Positions 37,842 to 50,323 of a stretch of 64,000 nt of DNA are shown here, in pieces. The DNA comes from an uncultured delta proteobacterium (GTDB lineage: Bacteria > Myxococcota_A > UBA9160 > SZUA-336): the NCBI GenBank assembly GCA_963704165.1, contig CAVPHD010000001.1:544001-608000 (forward strand). The letters are read 5' to 3'. The notes under the pieces are model-generated. The model saw only the letters and a program-made list of their open reading frames with translations. It was not told the origin of the DNA and ran no database searches. Within the stretch, counting starts at the first letter, position 1, and every line of letters starts with the position of its first letter. The position numbers and the translations under genes were made by a program.

Positions 37842-38010
37842 TCGGTGGATAACGCGGGCACCCTGCCGGTACTCCCCATCTGCCTCCGGATTCTCGCGGA
37901 CTCCACCCGGCTCGCGGTGGAGAACATTCCCAGTGGCTGCCCTCAGATGAAGGAGTTTTCCAGATTTCTACGGTCCTCCCTCCTACTCCTACTCACTTTG
38001 CTTTAAGATC
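37833..38010. promoter_or_regulatory. Putative replication origin oriC (DnaA-box-like motifs plus trio-like tract)
   Basis: GGTGGATAG 37833, GGTGGATAA 37844, GACTCCACC 37899 and GGTGGAGAA 37916; TCCTACTCCTACTCACT tract at 37981 followed by an AT-richer stretch; dnaA-dnaN spacer. Confidence 0.65.
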
Positions 38011-38037
38011 AGAAGAGGAAGTGGGAGGAATTCGGAC

Positions 38038-39144
38038 ATGAAGCTGACGATCGAGCGCGACGAGCTTCTGCGAGGCTTGGGACGCGTGCAGGCCATCGTC
38101 GAACGCCGCGGGACCATGCCGATCCTCGCGAACGTGTTGATCGAGGCTCGCGAAGACGGGCTGACGCTCGCCGCGACCGACCTCGAGGTCGCCGTGGTCG
38201 CGGACCACCCCGCGACGGTGAAGACACCCGGAACCGTGACGCTGGGCGCGAAGAAGCTCTACGAGATCGTTCGAGAGCTCGAAGGTCCCGAAGTCGCGCT
38301 CAGCACCGAGGATGGCGCGCGGGTGACGCTCACCTGTGGACCGGCCAAGTTCACACTGCTCTCCACCTCGCCCGAGGAGTACCCGTCGATTCCGAGCTCC
38401 GACGGCGTCGCATTCGCGCAGATCGACACCGCGCTGGTTTCGGAGCTGATCGATCACACCCTCTACGCAACCTCGAACGACGAGACGCGGTACAACTTGA
38501 ACGGCGTCTTCCTCGAGAGCGCCGACGGCAAGCGGATCCGATTCGTCGCGACCGACGGGCATCGTCTGGCGATGATCGAGCGATCGGTGCCGACCGCGGT
38601 GGGCTTTCTCGCGAAGGGCATCATTGCACCGCGCAAGGGAGTGGCCGAAATCCGCAAGCTCTGTGACGAGGGCGAGGGCGCCGTCGATCTCGGGCTTGGC
38701 GACGGATTCCTGATGGTCCGGCGGCCCGGTCTCTTGCTCACGACCCGGCTCATCGACGGTGAGTTCCCAAACTACCGTCAGATCCTTCCCAAGGGCCACA
38801 AAGTCCGACTGCTCATGGACCGGGAGCGACTCCAGCACGCCGTGCGCCGCATCGCGCTCATGGCGCACGAGCGCTCTCGCGGCTTTCGATTCGTCCTCAG
38901 CGAGGGTCAGGTCGATCTTTCGGCCAGCAACCCCGATCTCGGTGAGGCGCGCGAGGTGCTGCCGGTCGAGTATCAGGGCGATCGCTTCGAGACGGCCTTC
39001 AACGCGCGCTATCTGCTCGACGTCCTCGGTGCGATGACGGCCAAGGAGGTCGTGCTCGAGCTCGCGGAGGAGCTCAGCCCGGCCCAGTTCCGGCCCGCCG
39101 ACGACCCAGACGAGGTCGCCGTGATCATGCCGATGAGGCTCTAG
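38038..39144 (+). CDS. dnaN: DNA polymerase III beta clamp
   Basis: ATDLE, R..LNG, VATDGHRLA, LIDG.FPNY and IMPMRL. Confidence 0.97.
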   Translation: MKLTIERDELLRGLGRVQAIVERRGTMPILANVLIEAREDGLTLAATDLEVAVVADHPATVKTPGTVTLGAKKLYEIVRELEGPEVALSTEDGARVTLTCGPAKFTLLSTSPEEYPSIPSSDGVAFAQIDTALVSELIDHTLYATSNDETRYNLNGVFLESADGKRIRFVATDGHRLAMIERSVPTAVGFLAKGIIAPRKGVAEIRKLCDEGEGAVDLGLGDGFLMVRRPGLLLTTRLIDGEFPNYRQILPKGHKVRLLMDRERLQHAVRRIALMAHERSRGFRFVLSEGQVDLSASNPDLGEAREVLPVEYQGDRFETAFNARYLLDVLGAMTAKEVVLELAEELSPAQFRPADDPDEVAVIMPMRL

Positions 39145-39261
39145 CCGAGAGCCTCTCTCTGGGTTAGTTTTCCGAGCGTTTGCAGCACCTTGCGCCGCAA
39201 CGGGCCCCTTGCATCCGTCGCCTGACGTTTCCGAGACGAGGTCGGTGCCAAAGCAGGGTAA

Positions 39262-41763
<2,502 letters not shown>

Positions 41764-41773
41764 GCGGAAATCC

Positions 41774-44239
41774 ATGACCGACACGCCAGAGACGCCCGCG
41801 CTGCCACCCGTGAATCCTCCGATTCCCGTCGCGATCGAGGACGAGATGCGCCGCTCGTTCCTCGACTACTCGATGTCGGTGATCATCAGCCGCGCACTTC
41901 CCGACGTGCGCGACGGCTTGAAGCCGTCGCAGCGGCGCATCCTCGTCACGTTCAACGACCTGAATCTCACCTCGGATCGGCCGTACCGGAAGTGCGCGAA
42001 GATCGCCGGCGACGTTTCGGGCAACTACCACCCGCACGGCGAGGCGGTGATCTACCCGTCGATCGTCCGCCTCGCGCAGCCGTTTTCGCTCCGCTACCCG
42101 CTCGTCGACGGCCAGGGGAACTTCGGATCGGTCGATGGCGATCCGCCCGCGGCCATGCGCTACACCGAAGCGCGTCTCACGAAGATCGCGGCGGAGATGC
42201 TCGCCGATCTCGAGCGCGAGACCGTCGATTTCGTCCCGAACTACGACAACACGCGCACCGAACCGATCGTCCTGCCGACGCGCATCCCGAATCTCGTCAT
42301 CAACGGGTCGTCGGGGATCGCGGTCGGCATGGCCACGAACATTCCCCCGCACAACCTCGGCGAGACCGCCGACGCCCTGATCCTGCTGGCGCGAAACCCG
42401 AAGGTGACGCTCGACGAGGTGATGGAGAAGCTTCCCGGGCCCGACTTCCCGACCGGCGCGCTGATCTGCGGCGGCAGCGGGATCCGCGAGGCCTACCGGA
42501 CCGGGCGGGGACTTCTCACCGTGCGCGCGCGCGCCTCGACCGAGGAGATGCGCGGCGGTCGCATCCGCATCGTGCTCGACGAGATCCCGTACATGGTCAA
42601 CAAGGCTTCGATGATCGAGAAGATCGCGGAGCTGGTGCGCGACGGGCGGATCGACGGGATCTCCGACGTGCGAGACGAATCCGACCGCCGCGGCATGCGC
42701 GTCGTGGTCGAGCTGAAGAAGGACGCCGACGATCAGGTCGTCCTGAACCAGCTCTTCAAGATGACGCCGATGCAGACGACCTTCGGTGTGAACATGGTCG
42801 CGCTGGTGCGGAACCGGCCACAGACCCTCGGTCTGATCCCGCTTCTCCAGTACTTCCTCGATTTCCGCCGCGAGGTCGTGCGCAGACGCGCGGCCTTCGA
42901 CCTCCGCCAGGCGGAGGCCCGTGCGCACATCCTCGAGGGTTTCGCGATCGCGCTCGACAACCTCGACGCGCTCATCGCGCTGATCCGAGCGAGCCAGAGT
43001 CCGGCCGCGGCGCGCGATGCGATGATGGCGCGCTTCTCTCTCTCCGAACGCCAGTCACAGGCGATTCTCGAGCTTCGACTCCAGCGGCTCACGGCAATGG
43101 AGCGCCAGAAGATCCTCGACGAGCTCGCAGAGGTGCGCGCGAAGATCGAAGAGCTGAAGGCGCTGCTCGCCAGCGACGAGAAGGTGACCGAGCTGATCAT
43201 CGGAGAGCTCACGGAGATGCGCGCGAAGTACGCCGACGCGCGCCGGACCGAGCTCGCGGCGCCAGTCGAGGACTTCACGACCGAAGATCTGATCGCGGAA
43301 GAGGACATGGTCGTGACGATCACCCACCGCGGTTACGCGAAGCGCCACGTGCCGACGCTCTATCGCGCACAGCGGCGCGGCGGAAAGGGGAAGGTCGCGG
43401 CATCGACGGCGGACGAGGACTTCGTTTCGATGGTCTTCGTCGCGTCGACCCACGCCTACCTGCTCTGCTTCACGAACAAGGGGCGCGTGCACTGGCTGAA
43501 GGTCTTCGAGCTGCCCGAGCTCTCCCGCGGCGCGAAGGGGAAGGCGCTCGTCAATCTGCTGTCCCTGGCCGAGGGCGAGCGGATTCAGGCGATCCTGCCG
43601 GTGCGCGACTTCGCCGAAGCCGGCTACGTCGTGCTGGCCACGCGCAATGGAACGATCAAGAAGACCGAGCTCGAGCAGTTCTCCAACCCGAGGCGCGGCG
43701 GAATCATCGCGATCAACATCGCCGACGGCGACGAGTTGATCGCGGCTTCGCGCACCGGCGACGGCGACCAGATCCTGCTCGCCACCCAGGACGGGAAGTC
43801 GATCCGCTTCAACGAAGAGCAGGTCCGCGCGATGGGTCGGTCCGCGACCGGCGTGCGTGGAATCTCCACCCGCGAGGGCGACGCCACCGTCGGCATGGAG
43901 GTGCTGAAACCCGGCAAGACCATCCTCACCGTTTCCGAGCATGGCTTCGGAAAGCGCTCGCCCCTCGACGAATACCGCGAGCAGAAGCGCGGCGGGCAGG
44001 GAATCATCACGATCAAGACGACCGAACGAAACGGGCAGGTCGTGGGGATCATGCAGGTCGACGATCGCGACGAGATCATGCTGATCACGAGCGGCGGGAA
44101 GATGATCCGCACGCGCGTCGCCGAGATCCCCACGATGAGCCGGAACACCCAGGGCGTTCGGCTCATGGAGCCGAACGAGGGCGAGCGAGTCGTCTCGGTC
44201 GCGAAGCTCGGCGAGGAAGACGAGGTCGAGGCCGAATGA
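41774..44239 (+). CDS. gyrA: DNA gyrase subunit A
   Basis: [24 protein letters not shown] and GyrA-box QRRGGKG. Confidence 0.98.
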   Translation: MTDTPETPALPPVNPPIPVAIEDEMRRSFLDYSMSVIISRALPDVRDGLKPSQRRILVTFNDLNLTSDRPYRKCAKIAGDVSGNYHPHGEAVIYPSIVRLAQPFSLRYPLVDGQGNFGSVDGDPPAAMRYTEARLTKIAAEMLADLERETVDFVPNYDNTRTEPIVLPTRIPNLVINGSSGIAVGMATNIPPHNLGETADALILLARNPKVTLDEVMEKLPGPDFPTGALICGGSGIREAYRTGRGLLTVRARASTEEMRGGRIRIVLDEIPYMVNKASMIEKIAELVRDGRIDGISDVRDESDRRGMRVVVELKKDADDQVVLNQLFKMTPMQTTFGVNMVALVRNRPQTLGLIPLLQYFLDFRREVVRRRAAFDLRQAEARAHILEGFAIALDNLDALIALIRASQSPAAARDAMMARFSLSERQSQAILELRLQRLTAMERQKILDELAEVRAKIEELKALLASDEKVTELIIGELTEMRAKYADARRTELAAPVEDFTTEDLIAEEDMVVTITHRGYAKRHVPTLYRAQRRGGKGKVAASTADEDFVSMVFVASTHAYLLCFTNKGRVHWLKVFELPELSRGAKGKALVNLLSLAEGERIQAILPVRDFAEAGYVVLATRNGTIKKTELEQFSNPRRGGIIAINIADGDELIAASRTGDGDQILLATQDGKSIRFNEEQVRAMGRSATGVRGISTREGDATVGMEVLKPGKTILTVSEHGFGKRSPLDEYREQKRGGQGIITIKTTERNGQVVGIMQVDDRDEIMLITSGGKMIRTRVAEIPTMSRNTQGVRLMEPNEGERVVSVAKLGEEDEVEAE

Positions 44240-45522
44240 ACACCGCGCGATCGAGGCAATTGCTCGAGCGCGCACGCACGCGGATTCCCGGCGGCGTCAA
44301 CAGCCCGGTGCGCGCGTTCGGCTCGGTGGGCGGACAGGCACGCTTCATCCGCTCGGCCGCGGGCGCGCGGATCGAGGACGAGGACGGGAACCGCTACATC
44401 GACTACGTCGCATCCTGGGGTGCGATCCTGCACGGACACGCACACCCGGCCGTGCTCGAGGCGATCGCGAAGGCCGCGGCGCGCGGAACGAGCTTCGGTG
44501 CACCGACCGAGGCCGAGGTCGTGCTCGCCGAACGCCTGTGCGCGCTCGTGCCGTCGCTCGAGATGGTGAGGCTCGTCTCGTCGGGCACCGAGGCGACGAT
44601 GAGCGCGATCCGACTCGCGCGTGGTGCGACCGGCCGCGACCGGATCCTGAAGTTCGACGGTTGCTACCACGGCCATCCCGATCACATGCTCGCTGCCGCC
44701 GGCTCCGGAGTCGCGACGCTCGGCATTCCCGGCACCGACGGCGTGCCGCGCGCGGCGGTCGCCGACACGGTGGTGTTGCCGTTCAATGATCTCGCCGCGG
44801 TCGAGGCGCTCTTCGCCGCGCGAGGCGATGAGATCGCGGCGGTGATCGTCGAGCCCGTCGCCGCGAACATGGGGCTGGTCTTGCCGGCCGACGGCTTCCT
44901 CGGTGGATTGCGCTCGGTCTGTGATCGGCACGGCGCGCTCTTGATCTTCGACGAGGTGATTACCGGTTTCCGTGTCGCGCTCGGCGGTGCGCAGGCGAGG
45001 TTCGGCGTCGCGCCCGACCTGACCACGTTCGGCAAGGTGATCGGCGGCGGTCTCCCGGTCGGCGCCTACGGCGGTCGGCGCGCGCTGCTGGAACGCATGG
45101 CGCCCGTCGGCCCGATCTACCAGGCGGGAACGCTCTCGGGCAATCCGCTCGCGACCGCAGCCGGGCTCGCGGTCCTCGATCTCGCGGCGCAGCCCGGTGT
45201 GTACGAACGGCTCGAAGCCGGCACGAAGCGCCTGGCCGACGGCCTCGCGGGCATCGCTCGCGAAGCCGGGGTCCCGTTCTCTGCCAGCTCGCTCGGCGGG
45301 GTCTTCGGTTTCTTCTTCCACCCCGGACCCGTTCGCAACTACGCCGACGCGCAGAAGGCCGACACGGCGGCATTTCGCAGCTTCTTCCACGCGATGCTCG
45401 AGCAGGGGATCTATCTGGCGCCTTCCGCCTTCGAGGCCGGCTTTCTCACGACCGCGCACGGCGATGCGGAGATCGAGAAGACGCTCGACGCCGCGCGGCG
45501 CGCGCTCACCCGGGCCGGCTAG
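44236..45522 (+). CDS. hemL: Glutamate-1-semialdehyde 2,1-aminomutase
   Basis: [38 protein letters not shown] and [10 protein letters not shown]. Confidence 0.97.
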   Translation: MNTARSRQLLERARTRIPGGVNSPVRAFGSVGGQARFIRSAAGARIEDEDGNRYIDYVASWGAILHGHAHPAVLEAIAKAAARGTSFGAPTEAEVVLAERLCALVPSLEMVRLVSSGTEATMSAIRLARGATGRDRILKFDGCYHGHPDHMLAAAGSGVATLGIPGTDGVPRAAVADTVVLPFNDLAAVEALFAARGDEIAAVIVEPVAANMGLVLPADGFLGGLRSVCDRHGALLIFDEVITGFRVALGGAQARFGVAPDLTTFGKVIGGGLPVGAYGGRRALLERMAPVGPIYQAGTLSGNPLATAAGLAVLDLAAQPGVYERLEAGTKRLADGLAGIAREAGVPFSASSLGGVFGFFFHPGPVRNYADAQKADTAAFRSFFHAMLEQGIYLAPSAFEAGFLTTAHGDAEIEKTLDAARRALTRAG

Positions 45523-45771
45523 ATGTCCGACCCGAAGTCGACCGGTCCGCGGCGGTCGGCGATCCGGATGGGTCGCGGAGTCGAAGCCGCCTGGGAGGCC
45601 GCCCTCTCGATCGTGCTCGGCGCGGTGCTCGGCATCTACGCCGATCGCTGGCTCGACACGTCCCCGATCCTGCTCTTCGTGTTCCTGACCCTCGGGGCGG
45701 TGGTCGCATTCCGGCGCTTGATCGCGCTCGGCAAGCAGGCCACGAAGGACGCAGAATCACCTCCGCGGTGA
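45523..45771 (+). CDS. AtpZ/AtpI-family small membrane protein
   Basis: G..LG...DRWL.TSP motif at the head of the F0 cluster. Confidence 0.8.
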   Translation: MSDPKSTGPRRSAIRMGRGVEAAWEAALSIVLGAVLGIYADRWLDTSPILLFVFLTLGAVVAFRRLIALGKQATKDAESPPR

Positions 45772-46130
45772 TGTGGCGCAGCGCTTCGTTGCACGCCAAG
45801 TACTCGTTCGTGCTCGCGCTTGCAATCGCGGGGGCGATTCCGTATGGATGCCACGCCGCTTGGAGCTTGGCCCTGGGCGGAGGGATTCAACTCGTGAATC
45901 TGAGCATCCTGGATCGAAGCGTGCGCGCCGTACTCTCGACCGGCGGCACCGGAAATGCGGCTTCACTGGCTCAGATCACGCTCGTGCTCCGGACCGTCGT
46001 CTTCTTCACCGCGGTGATCTACGTGCTCACATCCACACCTGCCAAGGCGCTCTTCTTCCTCGCGGGCCTTCTGGTCGTCGTCCCGGCTGCGATCTGGCAC
46101 GGACTCGCGCTCCCGGTGCGGGGGGACTGA
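45768..46130 (+). CDS. ATP synthase protein I-like membrane protein
   Basis: Four hydrophobic segments, SLALGG....N, located before atpB. Confidence 0.65.
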   Translation: MMWRSASLHAKYSFVLALAIAGAIPYGCHAAWSLALGGGIQLVNLSILDRSVRAVLSTGGTGNAASLAQITLVLRTVVFFTAVIYVLTSTPAKALFFLAGLLVVVPAAIWHGLALPVRGD

Positions 46131-46131
46131 G

Positions 46132-46824
46132 GTGGGCCACCCTCCCTCGATCTACGACGCACTCGCGGCCACCGTGCCGGTGCTGTTTCAGTCGGTCATC
46201 GCCGGGATCCTGATCGTGGTGCTCGTCGCATGGCGCGTTCGCGCGAGCCTCGGCGCCGACGCCGTGATCCCCGACGGGCGCTTCACGCTGCGCAACTTCT
46301 TCGAGGTCGCCTTCGAGGGCATCGCATCGCTCGCGCACGAAGCGATCGGCCACGACTGGCGCAAGTACATGCCGATGCTCGCGACGCTCGGCATGTTCAT
46401 CCTGATCGGAAATCTGATGGGGCTCGTGCCGGGGCTTGGCGGGCCGACGTCCTACGTCGAGACGAATCTCTCCTGGGCGCTCGTCTCGGTCTTCACGGCC
46501 GAGGCGGCCGCGATCCGGGCGAACGGCATCGGGGGCTGGCTCAAGCACATGTCGCCCGGCCCGATCTGGATGGCGCCGCTGATGCTGCCGATCGAGCTGT
46601 TCAGCCACCTGGTCCGCTTCGTCACGCTCACGATCCGCCTCACGGCCAACATGTTCGCCGACCACACGCTGGCGGCGATCTTCATCGGCTTTGGCGGTGT
46701 GATCTCGGTGTTCGTGCCCTGGATCGTGCTCGGTCTCGGGGTCTTCATCTGCTTCGTGCAGGCGTTCATCTTCACCTTCCTCACCATTCTGTACATCGGG
46801 ATGGGTCTCGAGGAATCTCACTAG
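46132..46824 (+). CDS. atpB: ATP synthase F0 subunit a
   Basis: NLMGLVPG, IE..S...R..TL.IRL.ANM.A.H and QAFIF..L...Y. Confidence 0.95.
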   Translation: MGHPPSIYDALAATVPVLFQSVIAGILIVVLVAWRVRASLGADAVIPDGRFTLRNFFEVAFEGIASLAHEAIGHDWRKYMPMLATLGMFILIGNLMGLVPGLGGPTSYVETNLSWALVSVFTAEAAAIRANGIGGWLKHMSPGPIWMAPLMLPIELFSHLVRFVTLTIRLTANMFADHTLAAIFIGFGGVISVFVPWIVLGLGVFICFVQAFIFTFLTILYIGMGLEESH

Positions 46825-46837
46825 AAAGGGAGTAGCG

Positions 46838-47146
46838 ATGCGTGCGTTCTTCTTCGTTGCGGCCGTCGTGGCCATGGCTCTCTCGCCCGATCTGGCCTTC
46901 GCGGCCGAGGAAGGCGGTGGATCGGGTTGGGGGATCGCGATCGGCTCGGGGCTCGCGATCGGCCTCGCGATTCTCGGCGCGGGCATCGGCCAGGGCATGA
47001 CCGCCGCGAACGCGGTCCAGGGCATTGCGCGCAACCCCGGTGCGGCCGGAGTGATCCAGACCCCGATGATCATCGGCCTCGCGCTGATCGAGTCGATCGC
47101 GCTGCTCGCCTTCGTCATCGCGTTCCTGATCCAGGGCAAGATCTAG
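46838..47146 (+). CDS. atpE: ATP synthase F0 subunit c with N-terminal extension
   Basis: GAGIGQG, ARNP and LALIES. Confidence 0.95.
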   Translation: MRAFFFVAAVVAMALSPDLAFAAEEGGGSGWGIAIGSGLAIGLAILGAGIGQGMTAANAVQGIARNPGAAGVIQTPMIIGLALIESIALLAFVIAFLIQGKI

Positions 47147-47195
47147 TCCGGCGGGATCCCGCGCGCTTCGAGCGCGGCGCCCCGACAACGACTCC

Positions 47196-47237
47196 GCGCC
47201 CGGGCGTTCACACGAGCGCCCGGGCGCTTCTGTATTT
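47196..47237 (+). terminator. Intrinsic terminator after atpE
   Basis: GCGCCCGGGCGTTC-ACAC-GAGCGCCCGGGCGC followed by TTCTGTATTT. Confidence 0.7.
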
Positions 47238-47418
47238 CGCGGGTTTGCGCGCGGCACGCGCCTTGCTCTCTCGATCCGGCAGGTGGAACGGACATCCCTC
47301 TCACGGGACCAGGGATTCCGGGAAGCTCATGTCGGATGGGGAACGGGGAAAGGCGCACGATGAACGGGGTGAGGCGTGCGCATTCCCCATCCGGCAACCC
47401 CTGAGTCACACTGAAGGC

Positions 47419-48006
47419 GTGAAGGCGCGCGGCGGATTCCTGGTGCTCGAGGGGATCGACGGATCGGGCAAGAGCGAGCAGTCGCGCAGGCTCGCCGCCT
47501 GGCTCGTGTCGCGCGGACACCGTGTGGTGTCGACCCGCGAACCGACGGATGGCGCGCATGGACGGCGCTACCGCGCCTGGGCGCGCGGTGACTTCGAGGC
47601 GACCCCCGACGACGTCCTGCAGCTCTTCCTCGAAGACCGCCGCGAGCACGTCGCCCGCGTGATCCGACCCGCGCTCGATCGCGGCGAGATCGTCGTCTGC
47701 GATCGCTACAAGTACTCGACGCTCGCGTACCAAGCCGCGCAGGGCCTCGATCGCGCGCGCCTCCGCGCGCTCTTCGACGGTGCCGAGTTTCCCGTTCCCG
47801 ATCTCGTGCTCTGGCTTCGGCTTCCCGTCGGGACGGCGATCGCGCGCATGGGCGCGAATGCGACCGAGCGCTTCGAGCGCGAGGAGTTCCTCGGCCGCGT
47901 CGATGCCGAGTACGCACGCCTCGGGCTCGAGGCGATCGACGCGAGCGGAACACCCGATCAAGTGGAGCAGGCGATCCGCGCGCGGGTCGATCGCGCGCTC
48001 GCGTGA
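47419..48006 (+). CDS. tmk: Thymidylate kinase
   Basis: EGIDGSGKS, TREP, CDRY..S.LAYQ and PDL; GTG start. Confidence 0.93.
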   Translation: MKARGGFLVLEGIDGSGKSEQSRRLAAWLVSRGHRVVSTREPTDGAHGRRYRAWARGDFEATPDDVLQLFLEDRREHVARVIRPALDRGEIVVCDRYKYSTLAYQAAQGLDRARLRALFDGAEFPVPDLVLWLRLPVGTAIARMGANATERFEREEFLGRVDAEYARLGLEAIDASGTPDQVEQAIRARVDRALA

Positions 48007-48578
48007 GCGAGCAGAGCGCGGTCGAATGGATCGGCGCGCTCGCGGGTCTGTCGTGTGTCTGGCTCCTCGCGCGCGCGAGCATCTGGAACTGGCCGGTGTC
48101 GATCGTCAACACCACGCTCTACTTCGTGGTCTTCCTGCGCGCGCGCCTGTACGGCGAGGCGCTCCTGCAGGTCGTCTTCACGCTGCTCGGGCTTTACGGC
48201 TGGTGGAGCTGGCGATTCGGCGGGGCTCGAGGTGCCGAGTTGCCCGTCCGCCGTGCACTGCGCGTGGAAGTCGGCGTCGCGCTCGCGATCTCGATCGCCG
48301 GCACCGCCTTCGCCGCGCTCGTGCTTGCGCGCACCACCGACTCGCCGGTTCCGATCTGGGACTCGAGCGTCCTCGTGCTGAGCCTGGCGGCCACCTGGGC
48401 GCAAGCCCGCAAGGTGCTCGAATCCTGGTGGATCTGGATCGCGGTCGACGTCATCTCCGTGCCGCTCTACGTCGCCCGCGAGCTGTACCCGACCGCCGTT
48501 CTCTACACGCTCTTCCTCTTGATCTGTGTCTCGGGGCTGCGCCGCTGGAGAGAGCTTCTGGTCGAGCAGACGGCATGA
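48003..48578 (+). CDS. pnuC: PnuC-family nicotinamide riboside/vitamin transporter
   Basis: WNWP, LY.E..LQ, YGWW.W and A.K.LE.W..WI.VD. Confidence 0.9.
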   Translation: MSEQSAVEWIGALAGLSCVWLLARASIWNWPVSIVNTTLYFVVFLRARLYGEALLQVVFTLLGLYGWWSWRFGGARGAELPVRRALRVEVGVALAISIAGTAFAALVLARTTDSPVPIWDSSVLVLSLAATWAQARKVLESWWIWIAVDVISVPLYVARELYPTAVLYTLFLLICVSGLRRWRELLVEQTA

Positions 48579-49174
48579 TCGCTCGACGCGTCGTGCTGAT
48601 CGGCGCGGAGTCGACGGGCAAGACGACGCTCGCGCGTGATCTCTGCGACGCGCTCGTGCGGCGGGGCGGTGCGTTCGCTGCGACACGCTGGGTCCCCGAG
48701 TACGGACGCGACTACACGATCGAGAAGCTCGCGCGCGAGGGCGGCGCCGACGCCCGCATGGATCGGCTCGTCTGGACCACGGCTGATTTCGTCGCGATCG
48801 CGCGCGAGCAGAATGCGCTCGAGGAACGCGCGGCCCGCGTCACCGGACCCGTTCTGGTCTGCGACACCGACGCGTTCGCCACCGCGGTCTGGCACGAGCG
48901 CTACCTGGGCGCGCGCTCGGACGACGTCGAAGCGCTCGCGATCACGCAGTCCTCGCTCTACCTGCTCACCCACCCCGACGACGTTCCGTTCGAGTCCGAC
49001 GAGATCCGCGATGGCGAGCACTTCCGCGCGTGGATGACCGACGCGTTCGCGGAGCGTCTGCGCGGAAGCGTGCATCGCCTCGAGCTCGTGCGCGGAGCCC
49101 GCGAAGAGCGCGTCGTCCGCGCGTGTCGGGCGATCGACGGCTGGCTCGCCGGAGATCGGCCGCTCACACCGTAG
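48575..49174 (+). CDS. NadR-like (AAA_28) ribosylnicotinamide kinase domain protein
   Basis: GAESTGKTTL, PEYGR, CDTD..T and VPFE.D.IRD. Confidence 0.85.
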   Translation: MIARRVVLIGAESTGKTTLARDLCDALVRRGGAFAATRWVPEYGRDYTIEKLAREGGADARMDRLVWTTADFVAIAREQNALEERAARVTGPVLVCDTDAFATAVWHERYLGARSDDVEALAITQSSLYLLTHPDDVPFESDEIRDGEHFRAWMTDAFAERLRGSVHRLELVRGAREERVVRACRAIDGWLAGDRPLTP

Positions 49175-49191
49175 GACCCGGACGCCTGACG

Positions 49192-50242
49192 TCAGCGCCG
49201 CGTCAGACTCGTCGCGGTCTGGATCAGGAAGAGCAGGATCGCGGCGACGTTGAGCAGCGCGCCCCAGGCGCGAAGCTCGTGGACGCCCGCGACGTCGCCG
49301 GCGATTCGCATCACGAGTCCCGACGTGGAGCAGCACGAGGTGGATCCAGAAGCGGGGCGTGAAGCGAATGCGCAGACGAAGGATCGCGGGAAAGATGATC
49401 GGCGCGTGGCCGAAGATCATCGAGAACGCGAAGCCGACGAAGAGCGCGTGCAGGATCGCGTCCCAGGCTGGCCCTGCCTGTGGTGCGCCCCACGCGAGCG
49501 CGAACACGCCCGCGAGCGCGAGCCAGACGTGACCCGACATCACCGCCCATGCGAGGAAGCGCGGCGCACCGGGTCGGCGGAGTGATTTGCGCGCGAGATC
49601 CCAGCGCAAGAGCCACGCGGCAAGGCCGAGCCACGCGAGTCCGGAGATTCGCGCCCCGAGCGGTCCATCGACGAATGCGACGAGTGGCCCGGCGATCGCA
49701 ATCGCGACCAGCGTCGCGAACGCGACGAGCGCCGGACGCGTGGGCGCGAGCAGGCGCGAGAGCTCGAGTCGCTCACCGGCGACGGTGAGGATGATGAACG
49801 CGGCCCACCACGGCACGACGTCGACGAGCGCGCGGCCGAGGAGCCACGCGAGTGCTCCGGTCGCGAAACACGCAGCCCCCGCGAGCTGCGTCGCCGTCCA
49901 GCGCGTCGCGCGTTCGTAGAGTCCGACGGCGAGCACGGAGAAGAACACCAGCCCACCCAACGCGATCGCGACGCGTCCGGGCGTGACGGGGCCGCCTGCG
50001 GCGAGCGAGAGCGCGCCGATCCCGATCAGGACGGGCGCCGCGTAACCGAAGCTGCGCCGGAGCGCGACGGCCTTCTCGAGCGAGATCAGCGTGCCGAGAA
50101 ATCCCGTCAGCATGAGTGCGCCGTGCTGGAGCGTGACCTCGGCAGGCACGTTCGGCACCGCCCAGCCGACCCGAACCAGCCCACCGAGGAGGCCCGCGAG
50201 CAGGGAGAGCATTCCCAGCAGAAGCAGCGGTGCGCGTTCCAT
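49192..50242 (-). CDS. Multi-pass membrane protein, His-rich (NnrS-like?), frameshift ~49315
   Basis: HG.LM..GFLGTLISLE.AVA, GERLELSR and H..F.GF..SMIFGHAP; the C-terminus continues in another frame to TGA 49192. Confidence 0.6.
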
Positions 50243-50296
50243 CCCGACGATTCCCCGATGTTCGCGGCTCCGGAGTATAGAGGCTCGCGGTCACCG

Positions 50297-50302
50297 TATA
50301 AT
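50297..50302 (+). promoter_or_regulatory. -10 box TATAAT upstream of the hydrolase gene
   Basis: Perfect TATAAT in a high-GC divergent intergenic region, 21 nt before the ATG. Confidence 0.5.
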
Positions 50303-50323
50303 GCCGACCGAGAGGATCGAACC

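Noticed and set aside
41992..45522. 1176-aa ORF suggesting a large HemL fusion
   Set aside because: The N-terminal 748 aa are an alternative frame over gyrA; HemL starts at ATG 44236.
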